A stretch of 48,270 nucleotides of DNA, the filler included, from Catajapyx aquilonaris (lineage: Eukaryota), in assembly GCA_000934665.2 (NCBI GenBank). It is 2 parts of 2 records of this genome, joined end to end, with 100 filler letters (N's around TTAATTAATTAA, not from the genome) between each part and the next. Parts side by side here need not be neighbours in the genome. Positions count along the whole stretch, not along the records: positions 1 to 24,091 come from JYFJ02005575.1; 1 more part is not named here. One strand, 5' to 3'. Position numbers and translations under genes: made by a program. Below the pieces are notes generated by a model. That model had not been told where the DNA came from. It ran no database searches and saw only the letters and a program-made list of their open reading frames with translations. Positions 1 to 11,789 of this stretch are shown here, piece after piece. Numbering within the stretch: position 1 is the first letter of the stretch; every line of letters starts with the position of its first letter.

Positions 1-191
1 CCCACCGCAACCTCCACTCCACAGCAGCAACTCGGTCCCTCTACTTGGTGCTGCAGCACCTCTTGAACTCCTGCTCCGTCGATGAGCAATTCTAGAGACG
101 GTAAAAAATGAATAGGTTCTCCCCCCAGGAAATCTAGGATATGATCCACAATTCATGGCGCGAGAGGGGAAGGAAGGAAGGAAGAAAGGGT

Positions 192-346
192 CGTTACGTT
201 ACACGTGTCAATGTCCATTTTTGAGTCATTTTTTTTTTTAGTTTTCATTTGAGCAATGGTGAAATTATTGTTCAGGTTGCTATCATGATGCAATGTGGCG
301 CAATGATGCGCAAGATTACGTCAGCAATGTGAGCGGGGAATTTCCC
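192..346. promoter_or_regulatory. Cluster of bZIP (AP-1, C/EBP-ATF4, CRE/PAR-like) and NF-kB motifs; putative inducible enhancer
   Basis: TGAGTCA 222-228, TTGAGCAAT 249-257, TGATGCAAT ~286-294, TGGCGCAAT ~296-304, ATTACGTCA 315-323 and GGGGAATTTCCC 335-346 all fall within ~155 bp. Confidence 0.45.
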
Positions 347-446
347 TGCAGTTGTTTTTGCTTTATTAGCTGATGCTGCATCTTTCAAATGCATTGTCTA
401 TTCCATGGTTATTGAAGACTCAGGTTAGGTCACTCCCCACCCACCC

Positions 447-736
447 CCTGCCGAAGGATTACGCACCGGGTGCCCACTAGAGATCGCTACGAGACATTTC
501 CCAAGGCTATCATGTGGCGACCCTACCGGACTAAGGCTGAACTTTACAGGTACGAAGGGGAGGGCTACATGCTGGCCCAACATGGCCGCCAGCGGCCATG
601 TTGGGCCCCCCAATGTAGCCCTCCCCTTCGTACCTGTAAAGTTCAGCCTTAGTCCGGTAGGGTCGCCACATGATAGCCTTGGGAAATGTCTCGTAGCGAT
701 CTCAAGTGGCCACCCGGTGCGTAATCCCTCGGCAGG
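447..736. repeat. 290-bp near-perfect palindrome (long hairpin/cruciform)
   Basis: 447-570 pairs with 613-736 with 3 mismatches seen, then a 3-vs-5 nt bubble, then an inner 16-bp stem GGCCCAACATGGCCGC-CA-GCGGCCATGTTGGGCC centred at 590/591. Confidence 0.97.
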
Positions 737-859
737 TGATAACGCCAGAACGTAGTATAAGTGTCCGTGGGCTGGTCTATTCCAAGTAGGGGGTAGCCTC
801 CTCCAGGGTCTCTTTCCCGCACGTGGGCGCCCTATGGTTTATGCATAGTTAAGGTCAAG

Positions 860-1656
860 TGACGTCAGAAAAAGTGGGACCTTGTTGGAGGTTTTTCTGG
901 TTGAAAGAGAGGGTGTGGACTTGGGGCCGTGGGCTCCCAAGTTGTGCTGTGTCATATACTTGGCGGATGGATATGTGTAATTGTCCAATCAGTGACTAGT
1001 AATTTTGAATTGCATCGCGGCCTTTATGAATTAACCAATAGGAGTTTAGTTTTGGGTACTAGAAATGATTTTGGGTAATAGGCGGATTGTATCGGGTGGG
1101 GCTTGCTGGCCTCTCTCGGGGCGTCATTCCGGGTCTTTGTGTTTCGCTCAAGTAAGTTGTGTCGGTTTGCGCTCCGACATGTGAAGACAAAAGGCTGTGT
1201 GCTTTTTGTGGGCGACGGGTGCAGTTGAGTCAGACTAGTGGGTCAGCATGGTCGCGCAGTAAGTGGGGACAGCCGCCGGGCTGTGAGTGCGCAATTTTGG
1301 CAGTCGGTGCTGCAATTTTTGGTGATCAATGTAGAGTCCAGTTTGGTGTGTTGAACAGCTTCGGGTGGGTAGAAGCAGTGAGTGGGGTCCCATGCGGGTT
1401 GAGGCAGTGTAACGGCCAGTTGGGTGGGAAATTTCGGGAGTTATTTTGAGTAGTTTTTTTGTACACAAAAGTGAGGTTGCAGGTTGAAAATTCAGTGGGG
1501 GCCGATGTGGCTTGCATAGGTTTGGGTGATCCAGTCACCCCGGAAAAATTCTTGTAGTACCCTCCCACTCATCCACGCGTCAGTTGAGAAGATTTCAAGA
1601 TGGCCGACCCGGCTCCAAGATGGCTGACCACCTCCCACAAGATGGTGGACGGAAGT
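860..1656. promoter_or_regulatory. G/T-skewed non-coding control region with CRE, CCAAT boxes, a triple YY1-like repeat and an ETS site
   Basis: TGACGTCA 860-867; CCAAT at 985 and 1035; TGAGTCA 1226; CAAGATGG(C/T) at 1596, 1616 and 1638; CGGAAGT 1650-1656. Confidence 0.45.
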
Positions 1657-1925
1657 AAGAAGGACCACGCGACCATGATTGACCACCCCGAGCTAACTGA
1701 GGCTGAAGTTGTGTGCGGACCGCCTTCCTGCTGAAGTGGGCTGCCTCAGACGGTTGCTGGCCGTCAGGAAATTAGTGTATTGTAAGCGGTGGTTGGTTGA
1801 GAAAATCACAAGTGTAATTGTATTGATTGGAGAGTTGCTGTATTAGTGGTAATAATTTGGATTCAATAATAATTTGGTTTTAAAAGAAAAACAATTTGTC
1901 GACTACTCTTTCCATCCTGCATCAC

Positions 1926-3535
1926 TCACACCACAACTTTGGCAAGAGGCCACAGGGGGCTTATGACGTTTTGGTTGTTTGTCCGCTGCTTGCCACACAC
2001 GGGAGCGGGAGAGTGTACTGAGGGAGGTCTAACCAGGGCTTTGCCTACTATGTCAAAGGTAACTGCGACATATTTCACATAAGGACAACATTGATCAAGT
2101 TGCTGCATATGACACTATAGCTGCACTCAGTGGTCGCCGTAATTAATCCTGGTCATTTCTGATGATCAAATTGTGCTGATAAGCTGTGTGTGTATGCCCA
2201 CGCTGGCAATATTCATTTGCCTGTCAATAAGTTGTAAGACTCTGCATATTGAGAGTGAAGTACTACATCCTCTGTAGCATCCTTGTGCACAGATACAGTA
2301 CAGAGGGCCGATAAGTAGTTATGCAGAGGGGGCACCCTCCTGGGTATTAATAACCTGAAGGAACGGTGCATCCCAGCCAATCATGTCTAGTATATCCCGA
2401 GTCAACGATTCTGATATAATGCGTTGTAGCAGAGCCCTTCTCAATGAAACAATGCAATCGAGGCTGATCTTACATGAGTTGGTGCCAACTGGGGATGGTT
2501 CGGTCCGGTTCAGCCTAAACCGGTTCAATTGTGGCCTCGATAATAAAGTATTGTGTTACTATCTCGGATCGTACTCCTACTTATACGCCTACTCATAGAC
2601 GTACAGTACTTCTGTCGTTTGTTTGGAGATGTGGATCAGTTGAGTTTCGTCATTTAAGTACGGTATTTTGTTCGTCCGTCGAGTAAAGAACAGCAAGTGC
2701 ATCTGTCCAAGTGCTTAGTAAGCGACGTAATTAACATATGCAACGTACTCCAGTGCAGCATGACTATCAATATCGGCCACAAAACCTATAATCCACCTCT
2801 ATCCGCTCCCACTTCTGCTGGTACTATATATTCTACCAATTCCAAGTACCGGAATTCAGGTTCACCTCTGACCCGGTGCGAATGGGCCAGGATACGTCCA
2901 TCTGTAGTTATGTGATGCCTGATAGAGCAACGCTACCAGTATCCGTGGCCGGCAATGTCACTTTCTCTCTGTCACTAGCTCGGCACTGATGATGATTCGC
3001 CATCTCCCAGCCAAATGCCGTGTAGGCGTTTTGACTTCAGATATGGATGGTGCACACCGGAACTAGCGTAACAAAGACACTGGGCGTGAATGGGCGTCCT
3101 GCGAAGGTATTACAGGAACAGGGTCATACTGTAAGGGGTTTGGCAATTTTTATGCTCCATAAAAATGGAAGAAGAGGATCCAGTGAAATACCTCTCAGCT
3201 ATAGAGTATAAAGAGAGTACACCTCTATACACCTTGGTGCTCTGGATACTTGGAACCGGGGTGTGCAATGACGTACCTCTTTCCGGGTTCTTAACGCCAG
3301 GTCGTCTCACAGATCTTTCCTTGCACTTCTCAGGGTATACTCGAATGGAAGGCTCATATAATGCGATTTATTATTGCACACCCGCATACACCGGTATACA
3401 CTCTCATATAGTTGCACCTTGATTGTTGTCTCCTGCGGCGCGGCAGCGTCTCACTGCCTATACTCGGACCTGTGCAGCTGTCGTCACTCTCGCTGTTCTT
3501 CTGTCAGTCCACAGCATCATCTGTGTGATGCCATT
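1926..3535 (-). pseudogene. Unknown viral gene, paralog A (related to ~14000-15600)
   Basis: 2128-2316 aligns with 14164-14338. The minus frame reads HTAYQHNLIIRNDQD*LRRPL versus HTEYQHNLIIKNDQGELRQPL, with synonymous differences ATC/ATA and TTA/CTC. Outer limits approximate. Confidence 0.55.
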
Positions 3536-3959
3536 TATAATACACATTCATCCGTGTTATAGTATCATTCAACTTCGGTTCCTACACGTCCTAAACATTA
3601 AAAAGCAATAAACACAAGTTGGTTTAAATCAGAAATGTACATAATACGACTACTAATATGCACATAGAGTACGAAAATGCAGCATGTAACACGTAGTGAG
3701 GAACGGCTGTATATATGTTCATTTGCAACATTCATTGCTAATAGCTGAACGTTAATTTCTTTGAAAGACAAAGAAACAAACAAATAAACATGTAATGTAT
3801 TACATTAACCTCCTACTCTCAAAGAGAATGCCATGCCTGCATAACTACCATAGTACCATTGCCCATCACTTATGCGTTACAAGGAATAATAATGATTATA
3901 ATCATTAGCCCCCCATAAATAACACCCACCGTTAACATTATAACTTACGTCCATTTCCG

Positions 3960-5015
3960 CCTACCTGAGCAAACATCCTGAGCCTATAAGCCACGTCCAT
4001 GACCCTTCCACCTGAGACATTGATGGCCCACCTGGCACATCAGCAGCCGTGTCCCTCTGGGTGAACGTTCCTTCCAGAGCTGGAAGGCTAACTCTTATCA
4101 CTCTTTCCTCGCCTTGCCTGCCCGCTTTAATAACAATATTATTGATTAAGTATTTTAAAATGTAGACGTGTCAAATTGTGCCCATTCATGGCATTGCATG
4201 ATGTATGTATCATATGGATTTATATGCCGTCAGATGCACTATAGGTCACTGCACTAACTGTAAATGTTTAGTGGCGTGGCACTCACCTTACGTGCGTCGT
4301 GGCCTCGTATGCATAGTTTCGAGTAGCCCTTTTCGAGATCCCAGAGGGTGACGTGCGTGGTCAAATAGAAGCGATGCGGCCGTCTAATTAAGACAGTCAA
4401 TAATCGAGAGACACCAATATTCCCCGTTCGACTGCACAAAAAGAGCAACTTGTAACCTCGAATGCCTGTGTTAGACTCAGAGGTGCATATTTTTAAGTAA
4501 TGAACCTCTGTTCCGCAAAGGCCTGTACATCTAATAAATTCCTCTCATGTTCAGTGGAGAGAGGCAGCCCACTACCACGCAGACGAGGTGATGTGCACAT
4601 TGCACAGACTCCAATTTAATAATTCCATTGGGTGAGTTCAGGAAAGTACTGGCGCCACATACACAAAGCAAACTGTCATGCACTGGACGTTTGACATCTT
4701 CGCCAAAAGGCAGGACGACATGTCGCAGGCAGTGATGGGTAGGGGGTTACCTGGTGGAGGTCGTCCTCCCGGTCCTCTGCTCCCGTCCAAAACAAAGTAG
4801 ACTGGACTGGTCCAGAGAGGCGAATGCCACGTTGTGTAGCCTACTGTCCCAGCTCCTTATTAATCTGGCGCTCCGATTAATTAATAGGCCTACTGGGTTG
4901 ATTGTGTCAGCAGTTTGGAGGCGCACTCTGACGACGGCGGTGTCCCCAATTGGTGTCCCACCTCATGTCCCCTTACACAGGCATCTACACTGCCTTCTGA
5001 ATGACGGAATCGCAT
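3960..5015 (-). pseudogene. Tyrosine recombinase / integrase pseudogene
   Basis: One frame reads EFIRC-TGLCGTEVHYLK (box I TGLRxxEvxxL, with catalytic CGC read as TGC at 4517-4515), then GHDARKVSAT (HxxR, H at 4301), then RH exactly 25 codons later (4226) with T at +6. In-frame stops follow HxxR and the catalytic Tyr is not intact. Outer limits approximate. Confidence 0.7.
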
Positions 5016-5161
5016 GATTTTCCCTGTTAATAATAATAATAACCGGTGAGAGAAAAAGTTCGAAAAATAGCGAAAAAGCTAAATGGTGGTATCCCCCCCC
5101 CCCCCTACAGAGCCAGTAGGTTTATCAGGGTAAAGTAAATAAATAAAAAATATAGCTCCTT

Positions 5162-6062
5162 CACACGGATAAGGAAATGTGCCAATTGACACAAAAAATG
5201 TGTCAAATGTATGCCTGAGGAGACACGCCTGTAATGTGTCACAAAGCAATGACACGTGCATTGTATGGCACAGTGACACGCGCCCATGTGCCATCCGACA
5301 CATACATAAGCGACACATAAAAGTGAGTCTCTTCAGACATAAAAGTGGCACACTTTTTCATGTCGCTTGTAAACTGTGCCATTTGACACATGTGCTATTA
5401 GTCGCCTTTGACACATGACTGTGTTTATTAACACTCGCACGATGTGCCGTTTGACAAAATGAACTATGGAGCCATAATAATTATTATTGCTCTCGTGGAG
5501 TAACTTTTCGCCGCGGTGAGTTTGTTATGTAGGCCTACACAACGTCTCTGATTGGCCCATGCGAACGCACTGGTGCAACAGTGAGTACTTGTGGGCCATA
5601 ATCAGAGAGTAAGTTGCACACATCTCGTCGGCGTATAAATACTCCTTGCGAGTGAGAATGATACACAGCGTTACTGAGTAGATATTATGTTAATGCGTAT
5701 ATACTTACGTACCGTTAAGCAGCAACAATGCACGCCAAGCGCCCAGCAAGATGCAAGCAAAAACAAGGCGAGTACTGACGAGGACCGTCTCACCGCTACT
5801 GAAGGTTATATGACGTCATATAACCTTCAATAGGTGATCCTCCGATATACGTGTCAGGAGGCACAATAATTCGTGCCATATCACTCTCGCGGACGCATTA
5901 GGAGAATGACACAGAGGATATGTGTCGTGCCTGTGTCACGCGACACATTACCGAGTCTGACACAGGTCAACGTGCCTTATGGCACATGATGATACTCAAA
6001 ATCGGATTCAACACAGCAAGGTGTGTCGTGAGACACAAATACGTGTGCCGCTTTTCTGGGTG
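5162..6062. mobile_element. Non-autonomous DNA transposon, CMC/CACTA-like, with GACAC/GTGTC subterminal repeats
   Basis: Ends CACACGGATAAG and CTTTTCTGGGTG form an imperfect TIR. GACAC/GTGTC/GTGCC motifs are dense at 5180-5455 and 5850-6050. No clear TSD. Confidence 0.5.
5800..5829. repeat. Perfect 30-bp palindrome with CRE core
   Basis: TGAAGGTTATATGAC|GTCATATAACCTTCA. Confidence 0.95.
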
Positions 6063-6199
6063 ATGGATGAAACAGGCTCTTATAAACCTCCTCCCTTATA
6101 CATCATGAGTTCATGACCTCTACATAACCAGGCCCCCGTTCATTTTAGTGCTCGCGATTCACGAGGCGTTATCCCATCACATTCAGGGACAGAGAAGAA

Positions 6200-7750
6200 G
6201 AATATTTATTATATAGTGCTCTGTGAGGCGCTTCATCCTCCTCTTTCGTTGCCCTGAATCCTTTTCTCCCGACCCTTCTCGTCGGCGGTGCACTTACACG
6301 TCTCGTCGCGTTCTCGTTTTGAGGATCGAGGTGGTGAGAGCAAGCATCAACAAAGAATGGCCTTGGTGGCTGTGGTTTATATAATTATAGCTGGGGTCAT
6401 TCTCTCTCGTCCATTCATTTTCGTGAGGCATATTATGGTCTCCTTCTGCTGCATCGGAGACTGGCGTGATGTGAATCGATCTGACTTCCAGAAGAATAAA
6501 TGGATGACCACCTATTCTCCCGTCGTTCGTCGATATCGCCGTGTTCCGGATCCTCTCCTCTCGGGGCTTCGCTAAGAGAGTGTCTCATTTATTAATATTC
6601 GTTTGCTTATATACGGGCGATGGCCTGCCTGCTGCTCATGTTGAGCGGTCACGTTGACCAAGACTTGACGTATTATGAAGAGAAAAGGCTTCGGCCTGTG
6701 CACACTGCCTTCTTACGGAAGATATGTACATGTGCACTATGAGATAAGGGCGATAAAGCAGGAAAACACGATCTTGTCGCAATATGGAAATAGTTTCTGG
6801 GAACGAAAGTATCCTTGGTATCCAGCATCTGCAGCCACGGGCAGCAGAGTACGTGACTCATTATCTGATATGGAAACGCTGTAGGGAACGCAGCACTCTT
6901 ACCTCTCTGTCCCAGCACAGTCGACGCGACGTGTCTTCTGATGGCCCAAGTCACTCTTCGGGTTATTATGGGCTGTCTTAGAACCCAACATATATGTCTT
7001 GTATCTGTGATTCCTTAGAAGGCCTCTGCCCAGCAGTGTTGATGGACATGTCTGCGCAATGAACAATTCCCTCCAGCATGTAATGATTTGTACCAATATT
7101 ATACACTATTACCAGTCCTAGTGTCTGGTAGATGAGTCGCTTCAATGTCCACGGCGAATAAGTTGTTCCATACTCTCTCTGTGACATCCATCCAGTGCAG
7201 CTGCCTCTTTCTCGTTTCTATACTGAGGATTGGATGAGAAATAATTATTCTGGCCTCTGACCTTCCTTCCGTACACAGATGTATTTATTGACAGCTGACC
7301 TTAGTGGAAGCAAGGGCATCATTCGACCATTCAGGTCGCGACCAGCTATCAAGAGAGATTGTTTGGACTTAGCGTATGTGACCTGTAAGACAGTGCGCAT
7401 TTTTCTGTCCACTTGAACTGATCAGGTTTGTAGGTACACTGGTATAGGCATTTTGCAGAGCAGTCATGCAAAGTGATTCGTTGCTCTGCGAAAGGAGCAC
7501 GCCGTTCCCACGTGCAAGGAATAGTAGGTGCAACGTATAGGGCTGTAGACACAAAGAAAATGTGGGTCACCATCCGAAATGGCTCCATCTACAATGATCT
7601 TATCATCTCCACCCGTATCCTTCCCTCCGGCAGCTTCCTTCGTTCGTCGAGTTGCGTATACTGACATACTCCCTCGTGCATTGGTTTGTTGTTGTCATGG
7701 CCCCTTCTAACCACATCTTCTTGTATGCCGTCCTCGTTGGCCTCACACTT
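6200..7750 (-). pseudogene. Decayed ORF(s) of unknown function within the viral array
   Basis: Coding-like fragmented frames with the same orientation and decay as neighbours; minus-strand AATAAA near 6205 and 6590; no family recognised. Confidence 0.3.
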
Positions 7751-7799
7751 GCACTCCACCTTGTGCGTTTGTGAGTTATTATTTTAAAAGCTCCTCTCC

Positions 7800-10700
7800 C
7801 TCTATTGCTGTAGTGTCATTGGTGTATAAGTCAATGTCACAAAAATTATTATTGTTTCGTGCAGACTCATCTTGGCGCGATGGTCATGTATTGGCGGGAA
7901 GTGTTTGTCCAAAACTTTTTCGGCGTATGTCGCGTGACATAACTCATGTACGTATTGCAGGTGTATTGCCAGCAGATCCGTCAGACGTGATCTGCAATGC
8001 ACGCTCAGTACACCAGTGGTAATCGCGATGTATACTGTTCCACGGGATGAAACCCTCGGAAGAGGGAAGACTCGACGGAAACAGTAAATGAAAATTGTAC
8101 TCACTTTTCCCTGGGCAACTGGCATGGTGTGGTTCCGAGCATACCCTGCTCTGTGAGACGCCAATAATATTGTATGTTGGAATGTACAGCCTGGAGCTCT
8201 ATAGGTGATTTAGCTTCTGCATGTACCGCCCGCACATCGTCACCATTGCCCATTCATGTAGGGTGTTCCAATAGAAATGCCTCCAGTGACTGAAAGTCTC
8301 TCTCTGAAAATCAGTTTGAGGTGACAACAGTTTTGTATATACATGCATAATATAGGAAGACTTGGTCGAAATGTGGTCGAGATTACTATATTCTGAATGG
8401 ACACCTTATTGAGACGGTGCGACCTGGGCGCCAACTTCATTTCACAATCATATTTGAATTATTTGTCCCTCTGGGAAATTTTGTGACGAGTGGTTGTTTT
8501 TTGTCGTAATCCCGACGTATTTCGCACTCTTGTCAGTCTTGTCCTACTTGCAATGAGCACATTGCACGAGTGTAGGAATATTGTATTATCTACGGCGAGG
8601 CCTTGCTTTCATTCATAGTTTGCTGGACGCAAGGGGATATTCTTTTCTGCCCTTTGTTCACATGGGAGTTCTAATAATATTATATGATTGTGCTCTTACG
8701 TATGCCATACTTTTCCGTGGTGCTCAACACATCGCTGCCACATGACACTTTTTTTTCAAGACCTGGTGAATTATTACCAGGTCGACTGCGTTTCTTCATG
8801 CGGTCATTCTATTGTTGCTATAAAGCATGCAGAGCGTTAGAAAACAATCTCAGGCAATATGAAACGATAGCTGTTAAAAGTCATGGCGAGTTGTTGTTCA
8901 AGCAGTTTACCCATCAGGTCCATCGCCTATTAGACAATTCAGTGAACCAATCAGTTCAGTACAATAATCCTATATAAGGATATTTCCGCTCCAAGGCTAT
9001 TGTTTCGTATCCATCAGTGCACATCATATAGTGGTATAGGCTGTGAGGTCTATACTGCTGTTCTGTGTTCTCGATGGAGCAGGTATACATCACTGGAATT
9101 TATTCAATGAGGCCGTTGGAAACACTCTTTGCCTGAGTCTTGACCGTGACATTGAGTCACCAATCCATGGCGAGAGTATAAGGTGCAGATAATATCGCTT
9201 ATACATCAGTGTGAGTGCGTGTGGACGTGTGGAGGATTGTTCTACATATGTGACGTAGCACCCGCCATCGAGGTTCTGCCCCACATCACACTCCGTTTTA
9301 GATAACTTGCGAGTTTGTTCTCTAAAATTAAGTAAAATTAGCACACCATGGTTCGAGTTTCAAGAACACTGATGCAACACGATCGTGCTGACCATTCCAT
9401 TCAAGGGTGAAAGTAATGAATGTGTTTTCCTCCTGAAGAATAATTGTCGGCCCCTGGTGCGACGTGGCAACCTGTTGAGTGTTGATGTGTATAACTGTGT
9501 ACCTGTCCTGCATAAAGCCAGTCTGGAACAAATAGAGCTATTCCTGCTTGGTTGCCACAGATTCTCCAACAGTCGCGTGGAGGTGACATCTGATAACAAA
9601 ATAATATAGTCTTCTGATAGCATACGTCCATTCGGTTTCATTAGGTCCTTACGACGCCGTCAATATTATTAAGAAGTTGCCGCCTAATGGTTGATATATG
9701 GCCAGGTGCATTGTCTCACCAGGATCTCATTCGTTGAGACTGTTTGTTCACAACTCGTCCTCAGGTGGTCGTCTCTTGCTTTCCCTCAATCGAAGTCAGA
9801 TAGTCCTCCTCCGTCTGTGTTTTGAGGGACAAATTAACTACTATATACACAGATGGCAGCCATTATACTGGCGCATCAAATGTGAAAGATATATACTGTA
9901 GTCTGGGCGTCTGGGGTTTTCCCATATCTAATAAAACATGCGCCAAGGATTTAGCAGATGGTGACTTCTGTTTCTAAATAACAATATTTATTGTTGCCGG
10001 TTCGATGAATTTAGTTTGTGAGATAAGTTGCCTTCTTTCCTCCCATTTTTCCTCTTAGCGACTATACTCTCTCCAGCACCTGTCCCGTCATCTGGGTCTT
10101 CCAATAGACATGTGGCCTTTGTTGCTATAGTTTGGCTTTTCCCAAGGAGACAAACAAAATAATAATATATTACTGACTGTGTAGGACCCCGTGCTTTCAG
10201 GAATTCAACATTCGTAGTGTGATTTATTCATAAGTCAGTAAGATTTGCAGCCTTGGCGTTCCCAGTAAAAATAAAATACATAATTATAGATGCATTATGT
10301 CTAGCAAACTGGCATATGTCTATAATTTTCGGCATAGAATGTCGTACTGTACGTGGCTCCATCAGCTCCGCTGCTTCATTTCTGGGAAATGATGACTTAC
10401 AATAATATTAAGAATCGTATGCCTTGCTGCTATTTTCTATACAGTCATGCATACCTCACTTTGCGGTATAAGTTACTTATAGCTCGAGTGGATCTGCTCA
10501 ATAACGTATAGTGTGTTCCCAGCATTGGGATCTTTTCACGTAGTTATAAAATTTTCTCCCTAAGCTGTTAAAGTTTGTCGAGCTTCCCAATATTACAGCA
10601 GCAGCTGATTTATGCGACCACAACTGGGTATAGCACATCTGCTGGTTGTGCGGATCAGGTGTATCGATATAATTATGCTGGAGATAAGAGTGCTGTTCGC

Positions 10701-10940
10701 AGGTCGAGGTAGGTTGAGGTCCAGGTTCCTCTGTTTGTGTGTTTGGTTGGGGGATCTTCTCTCTCTCTCCCGTCGACGTACGTTTCTTGCAGCAAAGGAG
10801 CGATCTGCCGTACAAACCAAGAGTTCTTTCTCCATCTCTTTACAGACTCTTCCTTCGCACTAATGCAGCTTCGGGTTTTGCTTAAACTGCATCGCCTTAG
10901 TGGTCACATATTCACAGTAGGCGTCATTATTTTGCCATGA
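7800..10940 (-). pseudogene. SF1B helicase pseudogene, herpesvirus UL5 / PIF1-like
   Basis: Walker A FIFTGNA(K)A-[1-nt gap]-KSY at 10275-10238 (compare UL5 YLITGNAGSGKS). Motif V HTMPVAQGK ~8130-8105 and motif VI TVYIAIT ~8039-8018 lie in one ORF (7802-8164). The ~2.1 kb between motifs I and V matches long herpes UL5-type helicases. Confidence 0.68.
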
Positions 10941-11789
10941 TTCTAATCAACCTTCTGCTGAGAGACCAGACATACGAAATATACCAAGCGGGATGAAAAT
11001 ACAGAAATGAAGAAAAAAATTAACCATACCCGTCATTTCATAGTGTAAGAAATGTATTGTGATACAGTACAATCCATACATACTCTTCTACAACTACTAT
11101 ATCGTTGGCCTCGACGTATATAACTCATTGTCGTGATGCGTCCTATTTAGTCGTCGGATCCGAGTGTGTGAGACTTCATTATCCTATACACAGCACAGCG
11201 CAATGCAAAATCCCGTTGCTTGCCTGCTGGCCGATTGAAAGAGATGTTTCAAGATCAACAAATCCGTCTTCTGTTCTGCTGAAATATTAATATATTGCTG
11301 AAACTGCTGTTGCCGCAATAGTCCCTCGTGCTGATGATTGATGCTGAGGCATTCCATTACCCAGTAATCTGGATCCTAAGAAATAGTTTCTGTGTACAAG
11401 CACAAGAGATTCAAGCCATGAATGTATTAATATGATACGCCTATATCATGACGTGGTAGTGAAGGGTTGATTATTCTCGAGTCACTATCAAAAGCCATTG
11501 CGTGCTTACCTCGCTTAGGACAAGAGAAGCATGCACTATTGTGCAATTAATTCTGGTTAATTAATTATAGTATCCAAAGCATAATTGTTAATATTTGTTC
11601 CATTTAGCCGAGAGGTATTTATTCGGCTTCTGGTATTTTTATCTTGCCGTTGTATGATACGATGTATTAATATCAGCACAAAATTTCTTGTACATAATTA
11701 TTAGGCCGGTCAATATGCGTTACCTAAATTGATGCTTCCGAACAACTATTGTGTTGGGAGGGAGGGGGCGTTAAATGCATTGGATGACT

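Noticed and set aside
425..652. ORFs 425-613 (-) and 470-652 (+)
   Set aside because: By-products of the palindrome; no protein-like features.
3000..3030. GIWLGDG resembling an intein/LAGLIDADG-like block
   Set aside because: Isolated heptapeptide with no second block or splicing motifs.
4160..4190. AMNGHNLT as the YR box II histidine
   Set aside because: Different frame and ~40 residues from HxxR; the in-frame RH at 4226 fits canonical spacing better.
7130..7170. LFAVDIEAT resembling a DEDD exonuclease ExoI motif
   Set aside because: No ExoII, ExoIII or polymerase motifs found downstream; single motif only.
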